DNA of 64,000 nt from Clostridiales bacterium (GTDB taxonomy: Bacteria > Bacillota > Clostridia > Christensenellales > UBA1242). This document shows positions 16,610-27,615 of the stretch, in pieces (the stretch's first letter is position 1; each line of letters begins with the position of its first letter). The position numbers and the translations under genes are program-made. A model generated the notes under the pieces. That model had not been told where the DNA came from. It searched no databases and saw only the letters and a program-made list of their open reading frames with translations. Location: positions 169,774 through 233,773 of the forward strand of contig SVHM01000001.1 in assembly GCA_015055815.1 (NCBI GenBank), read 5' to 3'.

Positions 16610-16730
16610 CAGTTTTATGTCATAATTTTAAAAAAATATTTAAAAATTTTTTATTTTTAATTTTATATGTTATCTATTAATATAACTTTATAATATTAAA
16701 AAAGAGAAGCCTTTTAAACTTCCCTTTACA

Positions 16731-17597
16731 CTATATATATTTTAATACAGTTGCCATGTCTTTTGTAACTGTTATTTTTTTATCAATACACATATCGCCA
16801 ATTTTTACAGTTTTATTTTTTCCATGATAATCACTACCTGCCGATACAAACAAATTATATTTTTTAGCAATACTGAGTAGTTTCTCAATTTCTTCACTTG
16901 TATACATATTGTAGTAACATTCAAGCCCCTTTAGCCCAAGTGGAATAAGTAAATTAATAATCTCTTCAACTTTTTCAAATGAAATTCTTTCTTCGCCAAT
17001 ACCACCTAGCGGATGAGCCCAAACACATACTCCTTTTGCCGATACAATGGCAGGAACAACAACGTTTGCATCCACCCTTGTTTCAATTCTTTCTAACTTT
17101 AACTTGTTAAGATATAGTTTAAAACAGTCTTCTAAATTATCACAAATACCATCTTTTAACATATATCTTGCCATAATTGGTTTACCGATATAATCCAATT
17201 TTTCTTTCATTTCATTAAGGGAGTTTTCACTAAACTCAATTCCAAACTGTTCTTTCAAAGCGTCAATTCTTCTAAGGAATTTATTGTATCTTAAGTTTCT
17301 CCCCATCTCCACGGCACTTAAAAATTGACTATTTTGAATATCACATTTATACCCAAGTAAATGTATTAAGTTTTCTCCAACAAACGAACTAAACTCAATG
17401 CCTTGTATAAAATTTATATGGTTATCTTTAAGTTTGTTTTGTAGTTCATTGTGTGCAAACAAATAACTTACACCATCAATAGTATCATGGTCGGTAATTG
17501 ACACATAAGTTAATTTATTATCTATCCATTTATCTATAATTTCTTCAATCGTATCAGTGCCATCCGAAAACTTTGTATGCATATGCAAATCTACCAT
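16731..17597 (-). CDS. PHP-domain phosphoesterase (TrpH/YciV-like)
   Basis: 288 aa. N-terminal DLHMHTKFSDGT and ITDHDT PHP metal-binding motifs. C-terminal GSDYHG. Confidence 0.85.
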   Translation of the reverse strand: MVDLHMHTKFSDGTDTIEEIIDKWIDNKLTYVSITDHDTIDGVSYLFAHNELQNKLKDNHINFIQGIEFSSFVGENLIHLLGYKCDIQNSQFLSAVEMGRNLRYNKFLRRIDALKEQFGIEFSENSLNEMKEKLDYIGKPIMARYMLKDGICDNLEDCFKLYLNKLKLERIETRVDANVVVPAIVSAKGVCVWAHPLGGIGEERISFEKVEEIINLLIPLGLKGLECYYNMYTSEEIEKLLSIAKKYNLFVSAGSDYHGKNKTVKIGDMCIDKKITVTKDMATVLKYI

Positions 17598-17614
17598 AAA
17601 TCACTCCAATAATA

Positions 17615-18355
17615 TTAGTCGCCGTAAACTCCGCCATTAATCTTAATAATTTGATTATTTATAAAATCAGATTTTTCACCAGCTAAAAATAAAGCCAAAT
17701 TTGAAACATCTTCTTCTTTACCTAGTCTTCTTAAAAATATTTTTTCTGCTTCACTTTTCAGAAACTCTTCATCAAAATCTTTAATTTCACTTTCTGTTGC
17801 AATAAATCCCGGAGCTATACCATTAACATGAACATACGGAGCAAACTGCATAGCAAGATTATGAGTAAGTGAATTAATACCAGCTTTAGAAGCATCATAT
17901 TCAACACACATTGGAAAGTAGGTATTCATTCCATTAGTTGATGAAATATTTATGATTTTTCCGCCTTTATTCTTGTACATTATATCACCCACAAGTTTAG
18001 ATATAACAAAAGTTCCGACTAAATTTGCTCTAAGCACTTTATCAAAAGTTGAACTATCTTTATCTTGAAAAAGGCTATCATTTGTTATAGCAGCGTTATT
18101 TATAAGTACATCAATAGTACCGAATTCAGAAATTGTATAGTCTACAATTTTCTTTATATCATCATCATTTGCAATATCGACTTTTCTATATCTAACATCA
18201 TATCCTTCTAATTTTAGGTCATTTTGAAGTCTTTCAGCACATTCTTTATTAGTGCAATAACTAAAAACAACATTGTATCCATTTCTAGCAAAGTCTTCAA
18301 CCATTCTTTTGCCTATACCCCTACTGCCACCAGTAATTAAAACTACCTTATTCAT
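17615..18355 (-). CDS. short-chain dehydrogenase/reductase (FabG-like)
   Basis: 246 aa. Cofactor motif ITGGSRGIGK, NNAA, catalytic YDASKAG. Confidence 0.85.
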   Translation of the reverse strand: MNKVVLITGGSRGIGKRMVEDFARNGYNVVFSYCTNKECAERLQNDLKLEGYDVRYRKVDIANDDDIKKIVDYTISEFGTIDVLINNAAITNDSLFQDKDSSTFDKVLRANLVGTFVISKLVGDIMYKNKGGKIINISSTNGMNTYFPMCVEYDASKAGINSLTHNLAMQFAPYVHVNGIAPGFIATESEIKDFDEEFLKSEAEKIFLRRLGKEEDVSNLALFLAGEKSDFINNQIIKINGGVYGD

Positions 18356-18388
18356 TCAAATACTCCTAATTTAAAAAAGGGCTTTTAA

Positions 18389-18946
18389 TTAAGCCCTTGA
18401 ATAATATTTACCATCTTCTGTTGTAACAATAATAGATTCCCCTTCTTCAATAAACAAAGGAACTCTAACCATAAGCCCAGTTTCAATAATAGCTTCTTTT
18501 GTTGTGTTATTTGTAGTATTTCCTTTAACTGCTGGCTCTGTTCTTGTAATAACATATTCAACTTTTTCAGGTAATTGAATACCTAGAAGTTCGTTACCAT
18601 ATTTAGTAATTTCAACTTCCATATTTTCTTTAAGGAAGTTCTTTGTATTGCCAATTTGTTCACTACTTAATTCAAATTGATCAAATGTCACATTATCCAT
18701 AAAGTTATATGTTCCATTATCTTCATATAAATATGAAACTTTAATTCTATCTATTCTTGCTTCTTCAAATTTAACGTTTGTATTGAAAGTTCTTTCAATA
18801 GTAGAATTAGTTCTCATATTCAACATTTTAGTTTTCATAAATGCAGAACCCTTACCAGGTTTAACGTGCAAAAAACTAACTATTTGATAAATATTTCCTT
18901 CAATTAATAATGTCATTCCATTTTTTATATCATTTACATCAACCAT
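18389..18946 (-). CDS. efp: translation elongation factor P
   Basis: MVDVNDIKNGMTLLIEGNIYQIVSFLHVKPGKGSAFMKTKM is the EF-P N-terminus including the KPGKG loop. Start moved to ATG 18946, which has a GAGG Shine-Dalgarno. Confidence 0.93.
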   Translation of the reverse strand: MVDVNDIKNGMTLLIEGNIYQIVSFLHVKPGKGSAFMKTKMLNMRTNSTIERTFNTNVKFEEARIDRIKVSYLYEDNGTYNFMDNVTFDQFELSSEQIGNTKNFLKENMEVEITKYGNELLGIQLPEKVEYVITRTEPAVKGNTTNNTTKEAIIETGLMVRVPLFIEEGESIIVTTEDGKYYSRA

Positions 18947-19101
18947 ATTTTTCTCGCCTCTCATTTTATTCTCTTGTAATTTTACTTGATTTTGTGCATT
19001 CTTGTCAATATCTTTGAAGCAAGTTTATCAATTTAAATGAAATATATTTACAAAAGTTAATCTTTTTAGTAAAATATTATAGAATTTTACGGAGATAAAA
19101 T

Positions 19102-20361
19102 ATGTATTACGGTTACGATATAGATGAGAATTTAATAAAACTCGCAGATAAAGTTGAAGAAAAAATAAATAAACAACTAGTTCATGCAGACAAAATCTGC
19201 ATGCTTAATAGTGCAAAAGTTCTTAATGCTTTTCAAAAAAACAAAGTATCTACAAACGACTTCCAAGAAATCACAGGATATGGATTTACTGATGACGGAA
19301 GAGAGAAACTAGAAAAAATATATGCTGAAATTTTTAAAGGTGAAGACGCCCTAGTCAGAGCACAAATAATGTCTGGCACACATGCGCTATCACTTACATT
19401 CTTTGGACTTTTAAAACATGGCGATACTATGATTTCAATAAGTGGAGACCCATATGATAGTTTAAAAAGTGTAATCGGTTTGGAAGGCGACAGTAATAAT
19501 TCCCTTATCAAACATGGCGTTAAATATGAACAAATTGAACTTGTAGACAACGACTTTGATATACCAACAATTGTCGAAAGACTAAAAGAAAATGACGTAC
19601 GACTTGTTGAAATTCAAAGAAGTCGTGGCTACTCACAAAGAAAAAGCCTAAGCATAGAAAAAATAGAAAGAGTGTGTTCAGCAATAAGAGAAGTTAACAA
19701 ATCTGTCATTATTATGATAGACAATTGCTATGGAGATTTTGTAGAAGAAAAAGAACCATTAGAAGTAGGCGCAGATATACTTGTTGGTTCACTTATGAAA
19801 AACTTAGGTGGCGGACTTGCAAAAACGGGTGGATATATCGTCGGTAAAAAAGACTTAATTACTGACATAGCAGATATATTCTCAGCCCCCTGCTTAGGCA
19901 AAAATATCGGTGCAAATCTAAATCAAAATCTAAATTTCTACAAAGGTTTATACTTAGCACCCAATGCCGTAAAAAACAGCATAAAAACAATGATATTTGC
20001 TAGCGCACTTCTTGAAGAGTTAGGTTATAATGTAGACCCAGCATTTGATGAACATAGAACGGATATTATTCAAACCATTACACTAAATAGTGAAGAAAAT
20101 TTGGTTAATTTCTGTGGCGGTATTCAATTCGGTAGCCCTATCGATAGTTTTGTAACTCCAATACCTGCCCCAATGGACGGATATCCGCATGAAGAAGTTA
20201 TGGCTGGCGGAAGTTTCATATCAGGCTCAACAATTGAGCTTAGTTGCGACGGTCCTGTTATTCCACCTTTCACAGGTTACATGCAAGGCGGACTTACTTA
20301 CGAATACGGCAAATTAGGAATACTTATTGCAATGAATAGAATTATAAATAACCAAAAATAA
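19102..20361 (+). CDS. ynbB: YnbB-family PLP-dependent Cys/Met-metabolism enzyme (aluminium resistance protein family)
   Basis: 419 aa. Colinear with B. subtilis YnbB as I recall it: VLNAFQKNKVS..TGYGFTDDGREKLEKIYAEIF, SGTHAL, IQRSRGY, DNCYGDFVE, SLMKNLGGGLAKTGGY. Confidence 0.8.
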   Translation: MYYGYDIDENLIKLADKVEEKINKQLVHADKICMLNSAKVLNAFQKNKVSTNDFQEITGYGFTDDGREKLEKIYAEIFKGEDALVRAQIMSGTHALSLTFFGLLKHGDTMISISGDPYDSLKSVIGLEGDSNNSLIKHGVKYEQIELVDNDFDIPTIVERLKENDVRLVEIQRSRGYSQRKSLSIEKIERVCSAIREVNKSVIIMIDNCYGDFVEEKEPLEVGADILVGSLMKNLGGGLAKTGGYIVGKKDLITDIADIFSAPCLGKNIGANLNQNLNFYKGLYLAPNAVKNSIKTMIFASALLEELGYNVDPAFDEHRTDIIQTITLNSEENLVNFCGGIQFGSPIDSFVTPIPAPMDGYPHEEVMAGGSFISGSTIELSCDGPVIPPFTGYMQGGLTYEYGKLGILIAMNRIINNQK

Positions 20362-20420
20362 AAAAAGTCATCACATAAATTTGTGAACAGCACCCATTAA
20401 ATGACAAACTATAAAAAGAC

Positions 20421-20452
20421 AAAAAGAAGAGCAGAATTTTGCTCTTCTTTTT
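20421..20452. terminator. bidirectional terminator between convergent ynbB and def2
   Basis: AGAAGAGCA-gaattt-TGCTCTTCT, a 9-bp stem flanked by an A-run and a T-run. Confidence 0.75.
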
Positions 20453-21035
20453 ATAAAATTTTTTCATCAATTGGGGAATAACTAAATTCACAATCCTTAG
20501 AAATTACTTTATAAGGGTGCGATTTTCTAAATTCAACCCTTTCTGTAGCTGGCATTTGTAATAGTTTTTTAGCCCTATCCATATGGAAAATACCATCTAA
20601 ATGGTCTAATTCGTGAGATATAACTGTTGATGAAAATCCTTCAAATTTTTCTATTTGATAATCTCCATTTTCGTTTTGATACTTAACAACAATTTCATAA
20701 GGTCTTTCTACAAGTCCAAAGTTTTCAAGTCCACTAACACACGCTTCCCAAAATTCAGTTCTACCTTTCTTTGATATAATCTCTGGGTTAATCATTAGAA
20801 TTTGGTCGCTCTCTGCATTGGCAGTTGTATCATTTGGTTTGGTTGATTTAATATAAACTATTCTTTTGGGTATTCCCAATTGAATACAAGCCATAGCATA
20901 TAAACCACTATTAAAAGTACAATATTCTCGTATGTCTTGTAGGTTTTGATGTAATTCTTTATCATTAAAATCCACAATACTAGAAACTTGCCTTAAAAAT
21001 TTTTCATCATCTTTTATTGTTATTGCTTTTAACAT
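20451..21035 (-). CDS. peptide deformylase paralogue (divergent motifs 1 and 2)
   Basis: 194 aa from ATG 21035 (AAGGAG Shine-Dalgarno). Motif 3 is intact (HELDHLDG). Motif 1 reads GLYAMACIQLG and motif 2 reads EACVS. Confidence 0.8.
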   Translation of the reverse strand: MLKAITIKDDEKFLRQVSSIVDFNDKELHQNLQDIREYCTFNSGLYAMACIQLGIPKRIVYIKSTKPNDTTANAESDQILMINPEIISKKGRTEFWEACVSGLENFGLVERPYEIVVKYQNENGDYQIEKFEGFSSTVISHELDHLDGIFHMDRAKKLLQMPATERVEFRKSHPYKVISKDCEFSYSPIDEKIL

Positions 21036-21307
21036 AATAACTCCTTTCCATATAAATAGTATATCACATAAAATTTGATTTTGTATCACATTTAGCAAAT
21101 ATTTTCATTTATATTATGTTCTCATTCACTTAAACTAATTCTTTCAATCTTATAAAACCAAATGTAGTCAAAATACTGTTTGCAATTTTATCTCATTGTT
21201 GGACACAAAAAAAGAAAGAAATAGTGGTTAAACTATCTCTTTATAACCCCATACTTTTTTCTCATGTCAGTTTTGGGTTGCACTGCAAAATTTATGATGA
21301 CTTTTTA

Positions 21308-22435
21308 TTAAATCAAATCAATTATAATTTTATTAAGAACTGTAAAGCCCAAATCGGTAGCAATTATATGTTCATTCTCTATTTTTATAAGATTATTTTT
21401 TAGAAGATTATTTATCACTTCACTTTTATCTTTTAATAAATCTTTTTTATAAGTATTTTTTATTTCTTTTAAATCAAGACCATACTTTGTTCTAAGTCCC
21501 AACATAATAGTTTCTTCATAAATTTCTTCTTTAGAAATTTTTTCTTTTACTTCAATAGGAGATTTCCCCTTACCTATGCAATCTATATAATCTTCAATTG
21601 ATGTTACATTTGAATATCTAACACCATCTATATACCCATGGGCTCCAGCCCCAACACCAATATACTCATGCATTTGCCATGTATGCATATTATGTTGACA
21701 CTCAAAGCCTTCTTTAGCAAAATTACTAACTTCATAACGACAATACCCTTTATTTTTTAGGTATTCATAAGCAAAGTTATACATATTAAGAACTTTTTCT
21801 TCTTTAGGAAGTTTCACATCTCCCCTTTTTACCATCTTGTATAACGGAGTATCTTCTTCCAAAATAAGTGAATAAACACTAACATGAGTGCATTCAAGTT
21901 TGTTTACTAAATTTAACATATGTTTAACATTTGAAAGTTTTTGTCGTGGAATTCCAATTAAACAATCGGTATTAATATTTGATATTCCAACAGATTTTAG
22001 TATATCTATCGCTTCAACATAATCATTTCTTGTATGAGCCCTACCAATAATTCTAAGACTACTAGAATTGGTCGTTTGAAGTCCAACACTTACCCTATTT
22101 ACACCACTTTCTTTCCATTCCCTTGCTTTTGACAAAGTTACCGAATTGGGATTGGCTTCTATTGTTATTTCAGCATTATCAAGTACATTAAATGACTTTT
22201 TTATTTCGCTAAGTAATGTAGATATTGCACCATCAAACATAAGACTAGGCGTACCACCACCGATAAATATCGTATCTATACAAATATCTTTTAGCAAATA
22301 TCCATTTAGTTCTTTCAATAATGCCCTAAAGTAATCTAGTTGTAAATGATTTTTGTCTTGGTACGAATTAAAATTACAATATTTACATTTACTCACACAA
22401 AAAGGAAAATGAACGTAAATTCCAACATTTTTCAT
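21308..22435 (-). CDS. hemW: radical SAM heme chaperone HemW (HemN-like)
   Basis: IYVHFPFCVSKCKYCNF radical SAM cluster motif. lepA-hemW synteny. Start set to ATG 22435, 1 nt after the lepA stop. Confidence 0.88.
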   Translation of the reverse strand: MKNVGIYVHFPFCVSKCKYCNFNSYQDKNHLQLDYFRALLKELNGYLLKDICIDTIFIGGGTPSLMFDGAISTLLSEIKKSFNVLDNAEITIEANPNSVTLSKAREWKESGVNRVSVGLQTTNSSSLRIIGRAHTRNDYVEAIDILKSVGISNINTDCLIGIPRQKLSNVKHMLNLVNKLECTHVSVYSLILEEDTPLYKMVKRGDVKLPKEEKVLNMYNFAYEYLKNKGYCRYEVSNFAKEGFECQHNMHTWQMHEYIGVGAGAHGYIDGVRYSNVTSIEDYIDCIGKGKSPIEVKEKISKEEIYEETIMLGLRTKYGLDLKEIKNTYKKDLLKDKSEVINNLLKNNLIKIENEHIIATDLGFTVLNKIIIDLI

Positions 22436-22436
22436 A

Positions 22437-24233
22437 TTAATCAATTTTAAGAATTGAGATAAATGCTTCACTAGGAATGTCTACAGAGCCAACTTTTCTC
22501 ATTCTCTTTTTACCTTTCTTTTGTTTTTCAAGTAGCTTTCTTTTTCTAGTAATATCCCCGCCATAACACTTGGCAAGAACATCTTTTCTAAGGGCTTTTA
22601 TAGTCTCTCTTGCAATTACTTTGTTACCAATTGTTGCTTGAATTGGAATTTCAAAAAGTTGTCTAGGTATAACATCTTTTAATTTTTCAGCAATTGCTCT
22701 ACCCCTAGAATATGCTTTATCTTTGTGAACAATAAGACTAAGAGCATCACAAACTTCACCATTTAAAAGGATATCTAATTTAACAAGACTACTTTCTTCA
22801 TAACCAATAAGTTCATAATCAAGACTTGCGTATCCCCTTGACCTAGATTTTAATTGGTCAAAGAAATCAAAAACAATTTCATTAAGTGGCATTGTATAAC
22901 TAAGTTGACATCTACTAGCATCAAGATATTTTAAATCATTATTATAACCACGTTTTTCTTGGCAAAGTTGAATAAGTTCCCCAACATAATCGGGCGGAGT
23001 GAACATACTCACTCTAACCATCGGCTCTTCCATTTTTGCTATACTCTGAGTTTCTGGCATTTCAGCAGGATTACTTATTTCAATAACTTCTCCATTAGTT
23101 TTTGTTATTCTATAATTAACACTTGGTGCAGTTGTAATTAAATCAAGGTCAAACTCCCTTTCTAGTCTTTCTTGAATTATCTCCATGTGAAGCAGTCCTA
23201 AAAAACCACATCTAAAGCCAAAGCCCAGCGCTTGCGAAACTTCTGGAACATATTCAAGTGACGCATCATTTAATTTTAATTTCTCAAGGGCATCTTTTAA
23301 ATCGTTATACTTATCACCTTCCACACAGAAAATTCCACTAAATACAACTGGTTTAACATCTTTATAACCAGGTAATGGACTTTCACAACAATTATCTTTA
23401 TGAGTAATTGTATCACCCACCCTTGTTTCACTTACATTTTTAATACTAGCACAAATATACCCAACATCACCAGCAAGAAGAATATCTTTTTCGGTAGTCT
23501 TTGGTGTAAAAATACCAACTTCTGTGACTTCATAGTCTTTACCTGTAGTAAAAAATTTAATTCTATCACCCTTTTTAACAGACCCATCTACAATCCTAAC
23601 TAAACACACTGCACCTTTAAAGTTATCATAATAACTATCAAATATAAGTGCCCTTAGCGGTTTACTTTCATCACCCTTTGGAGACGGAAAGAAATCGACT
23701 ACTTGCTCAAGTACATCTCTAATATTAGTTCCCATCTTAGCACTAACGCAAGGAACATTATCACAAGGAATACCAATTACATCTTCTATTTCTTTTTTGG
23801 TCTTCTCAATATCGGCACTAGGCAAATCAATTTTATTTATAACAGGAAGTATTTCCAAATCATTTTCAATTGCAAGATAAACATTTGCAAGAGTTTGGGC
23901 TTCAACACCTTGTGTTGCATCAACAATTAAAATTGCACCTTCACAAGCAGCCAAAGACCTAGATACTTCATAAGTAAAATCGACATGTCCGGGAGTATCT
24001 ATAAGATTATAAGTATATTCATCATTGTTGTGTTTATATTTCATGGTTGTTGGGGTAAGTTTAATTGTAATTCCCCTTTCTCTCTCAATATCCATGCTAT
24101 CAAGCAGTTGCTCTTGTAAATCTCTTTTTGCAACCGTTCCCGTCTCTTCCATAAGCCTATCAGCAAGAGTGCTTTTACCATGGTCAATATGAGCCACTAT
24201 GCAAAAATTTCTAATTTTATCCTGTCTAGCCAT
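22437..24233 (-). CDS. lepA: translation elongation factor 4 (LepA)
   Basis: 598 aa. [33 protein letters not shown]. LepA-specific C-terminal domain. Confidence 0.98.
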   Translation of the reverse strand: MARQDKIRNFCIVAHIDHGKSTLADRLMEETGTVAKRDLQEQLLDSMDIERERGITIKLTPTTMKYKHNNDEYTYNLIDTPGHVDFTYEVSRSLAACEGAILIVDATQGVEAQTLANVYLAIENDLEILPVINKIDLPSADIEKTKKEIEDVIGIPCDNVPCVSAKMGTNIRDVLEQVVDFFPSPKGDESKPLRALIFDSYYDNFKGAVCLVRIVDGSVKKGDRIKFFTTGKDYEVTEVGIFTPKTTEKDILLAGDVGYICASIKNVSETRVGDTITHKDNCCESPLPGYKDVKPVVFSGIFCVEGDKYNDLKDALEKLKLNDASLEYVPEVSQALGFGFRCGFLGLLHMEIIQERLEREFDLDLITTAPSVNYRITKTNGEVIEISNPAEMPETQSIAKMEEPMVRVSMFTPPDYVGELIQLCQEKRGYNNDLKYLDASRCQLSYTMPLNEIVFDFFDQLKSRSRGYASLDYELIGYEESSLVKLDILLNGEVCDALSLIVHKDKAYSRGRAIAEKLKDVIPRQLFEIPIQATIGNKVIARETIKALRKDVLAKCYGGDITRKRKLLEKQKKGKKRMRKVGSVDIPSEAFISILKID

Positions 24234-24454
24234 AATTCTCCTAAGTTAAAATATAAATATAAAATATTATATATAAAAAACATAAAATAATCAATAAAAT
24301 AATCAAAATTTAGAATTTATAACAAAAAAATAATAAAATCTCTAAAATTACCTTTGAAAAAAATAATAACTTTGCTAAAATATATAAAATTATAGTCATA
24401 ACTAGAGAAAATTATTTATAGAATAATTGAAAATAAAAGTTTAAAGGTTAAAAA

Positions 24455-25321
24455 ATGAAAAAATTAATTGAAAACACACCAAATCCTTGGTGCCAAGAAG
24501 AATATAAAAAAATAATTGATGAGTTAATTTTAAATAAAGATATACAAAAATTAAAACTACAAGAAAACTATTTTGATATTTGTAATAACTATTGGATTAT
24601 AGATAGATATATTGCTAGAAGTGGTCAAATTTCTCAAGATAGCACGCCAAACACACTATCTGCATACGAACAATGTATAAAGAATAAATACACTATACTT
24701 CTTCCAATTCAAATACTTGATGATGATACACTTATTTGTTTTTCACATAAAAACATTTCAAAAGTAATTTCTAGTGCTAGCGGTTATGTAAATAATATGT
24801 CATTAGAACAAATTAAAGACATAAATCTAAATGATAAAAAAGAAAAAATACTAACACTTGACGAAGCATTAGACTTTATTAATAATAAAACATCTATTAT
24901 TATTGAAATCAATAATGATGGTATGATTGGTAAACTTGAAGATAAAGTTTTACAATCACTTCAAAAATACATAGCAAAACACAAAGCTGTAAATAATATT
25001 GCTATAATGGGTATCAATCCATACACCCTTCAATATTTCTTTGAACAATGCCCATATATTACAAGAATATTAAAAAGTGGTGGATTTTCTGAAAAAATGT
25101 ATGGTTCAATCCCTACAAAGAAACTAAGAAACTTGTCTTACTACAAAATTACTAATGCCGACTTTATTGCATACTCTCTTGAACTACTACCTTGCATTAA
25201 AGTTGAAAATAAAAAACCAGTTGGAGTTTTGGCATATACAGTAACAAACCAATCTCAATATATTCAAATCGCACCACACTGCGACAACATAATATTTAGT
25301 TACTTTAAACCTACAATATAA
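24455..25321 (+). CDS. GDPD-fold (glycerophosphodiester phosphodiesterase-like) protein, catalytic residues apparently substituted
   Basis: 288 aa. By-eye alignment to the GDPD N-terminus gives IARSG (for IAHRG), NTLSAYEQ, LLPIQ (for ELDV), LICFSHKN (for VVIHDET), TLDEAL, IIIEIN. Confidence 0.4.
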   Translation: MKKLIENTPNPWCQEEYKKIIDELILNKDIQKLKLQENYFDICNNYWIIDRYIARSGQISQDSTPNTLSAYEQCIKNKYTILLPIQILDDDTLICFSHKNISKVISSASGYVNNMSLEQIKDINLNDKKEKILTLDEALDFINNKTSIIIEINNDGMIGKLEDKVLQSLQKYIAKHKAVNNIAIMGINPYTLQYFFEQCPYITRILKSGGFSEKMYGSIPTKKLRNLSYYKITNADFIAYSLELLPCIKVENKKPVGVLAYTVTNQSQYIQIAPHCDNIIFSYFKPTI

Positions 25322-25335
25322 AAAATGGAGAAAAG

Positions 25336-25902
25336 ATGAAAAAATTAATCGTAATTATCGAAGGCCCTAGCGGAGTTGGAAAAGACACAATTATAAACGA
25401 ATTAATAGCAAGACACCCAAATAAATTTGGTAGACCAATAAACGCAACAACTAGGCAAATGCGAGAAAACGAAAGTCAAGGCAACCCCTACCTATTTATA
25501 TCTGAAGACGAATTTTTCAGACTTAGAAGGTCGGGAGAAATATTTGAACAAACAATTAGACACGGCTCATATCGTGGTATGAGAAGAAGTAGCTTTGATG
25601 AAATACTAAATTCAGGTAGAATTGCTCTTAGAGACGTAGATAGATTTGGACTAGAAGCTGTTAGAAAAGAATATGGAAAAGATACGGTTATGAGTATTTT
25701 TCTAACAGCACCTAAAGAAGAGATTGAAAAAAGAATGATTGAAAGAAATGAACCAATTGAAAGTATGACAAAAAGACTTAAAGATTACGACACATTTATC
25801 AATGATGCAATCTACTTCGATTATACAATTGATAATATCGATAAAGATAAAACGGTAGATGAAATCTTGCAACTAATAGACAAAAAATTAAATGCAAATT
25901 AA
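25336..25902 (+). CDS. gmk: guanylate kinase
   Basis: 188 aa. P-loop GPSGVGKDT, TTRQMRENESQGNPYLFISEDEF. Not in the usual gmk-rpoZ position. Confidence 0.7.
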   Translation: MKKLIVIIEGPSGVGKDTIINELIARHPNKFGRPINATTRQMRENESQGNPYLFISEDEFFRLRRSGEIFEQTIRHGSYRGMRRSSFDEILNSGRIALRDVDRFGLEAVRKEYGKDTVMSIFLTAPKEEIEKRMIERNEPIESMTKRLKDYDTFINDAIYFDYTIDNIDKDKTVDEILQLIDKKLNAN

Positions 25903-25943
25903 TTAAATAACTATTGAATATAATTTTAAATAAATAATTGAAC

Positions 25944-25985
25944 AAAAAAATCTATGAAAATCACAAAAAGTCTCATAGATTTTTT
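25944..25985. terminator. bidirectional terminator between gmk and the MazG-like gene
   Basis: AATCTATGA-15 nt loop-TCATAGATT flanked by an A-run and a T-run. Confidence 0.6.
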
Positions 25986-26022
25986 CTTATTCTAATAAAT
26001 TATAAAAACATATTATAAAGCA

Positions 26023-26313
26023 CTAATCAAACTTGTATTTATCAAAAAAACGTTTAAATTTAGCCTTCCTTACTTCTTCAACCTTGTCTTCACCATAAAT
26101 ATACACAAGCTGTTCAACGCAATTTAAAACATCAGCAAGTTCTTCAATTATATTATCACAAACTTCATTTTCCTTATCAGTTCCAGCATATCTACTACGT
26201 TTACAAAGTTCTTTAGTAAGTTCACTCATTTCTTCAATACACATTCTTTCTTGACTTTCCCTACCAAGATTTTTAAATATAACCTTGTAATAATCAACAT
26301 ATTTTCTATCCAT
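26023..26313 (-). CDS. small MazG-like nucleotide pyrophosphohydrolase
   Basis: 96 aa. EEMSELTKEL ... EELADVLNCVEQL paired EExxE/EExxD helices typical of the MazG fold. Confidence 0.65.
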   Translation of the reverse strand: MDRKYVDYYKVIFKNLGRESQERMCIEEMSELTKELCKRSRYAGTDKENEVCDNIIEELADVLNCVEQLVYIYGEDKVEEVRKAKFKRFFDKYKFD

Positions 26314-26334
26314 AATATTATTTTTGTCCTTATA

Positions 26335-27615
26335 TTATATTTTGTCCTTTTTCCTAATCATTCCTTTTTCTTTTCCATTATTTTTAGGCGTATAATACCT
26401 TTTATACTTCAATTCATCAGGAAGATATTGTTGTTTAACATAACCACCATAAGTATGTGGATATTTATACGTACCATGCCCATCATCATAACCAGTTGGA
26501 TGATTTTTCAAATGGTTAGGAACTCGTGCATTTTTATACATTTCAGCATCTTGCATAGCCATACTCATTGCTTCATAAACAGCATTACTTTTTTCGGCTT
26601 CACAAATGTATATAATTGCATGACAAAGCGTCAAATTGCATTCAGGCATCCCCAACTTTTCACAAGAATTTAAAGCACAATTAGCAAGTAGTAGTGCATT
26701 ACTATCCGCCATTCCTATATCTTCACTAGCATGAGCTATCATTCTTCTCGCCAAAATTCTAGGGTCATAACCACTAAGAAGAAGTTTTTGAGCATAGAAA
26801 AGTGCAGCGTCAGTATCACTACCCCTTAAACTTTTACAAAATGCACTAAGCATATCAAAAGATGTATTTTCATCAAGAGCAATATTACCCTTTTGTAAAC
26901 AATTAGATATCATGTCATTTGTGATAACAATCTCACCATCACTATTTGGCTCAGTACAAGACACAGCAAACTCAAGTGCATTATAACAAGACCTTAAGTC
27001 ACCACAAGAATTATATGCAAGAAATTTTTTAGTATCTTCCGACATAATAATATTATGATTACCAAGCCCAACCGTTCTGGAAGTTAACGCCCTATTTATA
27101 GCAACAATAATATCATCAACTGTTAGTGGTTTAAATTCAAAAACTTTACACCTACTAACAATAGCCCTAGTCATACTAATATACGGATTTTCAGTTGTAG
27201 AGCCTATAAAAATAATATAACCTTTCTCAATCGCTTCCAAAACACAATCACTTTGAGCTTTTGACCACCTATGACATTCATCAAGCAAAAGATAAGTTCT
27301 TGTACCGTACAATTCAAGAGAAGTTTTTGCTTCAGCAATAATTTCCTTAGCATCACCAACACCAGAACTAACAGCATTCAACTTCTTAAAATTTCCATTA
27401 GCAGTATTAGATATTATTGTAGCAATAGTAGTTTTACCACATCCAGGTGGACCATAAAAAATACAAGACCCAAGATTTCCACCTTTAATAGCATTAACCA
27501 AAAAACTACTACTAGAAATAATATGACTTTGACCTATAAAATCTTCTATAAATTTAGGTCTCATTCTATCTGCTAACGGGCTAAATTTATTTAAATCATT
27601 TTCAAACATATCCAT
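26335..27615 (-). CDS. rarA: replication-associated recombination protein A (RarA/MgsA AAA+ ATPase)
   Basis: 426 aa. FYGPPGCGKTT, LLLDECHRWSKAQQ-type box (LLLDECHRWSKAQSD), C-terminal MgsA domain (HLKNHPTGY...YKYPH). Confidence 0.93.
   Translation of the reverse strand: MDMFENDLNKFSPLADRMRPKFIEDFIGQSHIISSSSFLVNAIKGGNLGSCIFYGPPGCGKTTIATIISNTANGNFKKLNAVSSGVGDAKEIIAEAKTSLELYGTRTYLLLDECHRWSKAQSDCVLEAIEKGYIIFIGSTTENPYISMTRAIVSRCKVFEFKPLTVDDIIVAINRALTSRTVGLGNHNIIMSEDTKKFLAYNSCGDLRSCYNALEFAVSCTEPNSDGEIVITNDMISNCLQKGNIALDENTSFDMLSAFCKSLRGSDTDAALFYAQKLLLSGYDPRILARRMIAHASEDIGMADSNALLLANCALNSCEKLGMPECNLTLCHAIIYICEAEKSNAVYEAMSMAMQDAEMYKNARVPNHLKNHPTGYDDGHGTYKYPHTYGGYVKQQYLPDELKYKRYYTPKNNGKEKGMIRKKDKI

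Noticed and set aside
26251-26673. 140-aa plus-strand ORF
   Set aside because: It spans the junction of two well-supported minus-strand genes (MazG-like and rarA). It is a hydrophobic AT-rich shadow frame.
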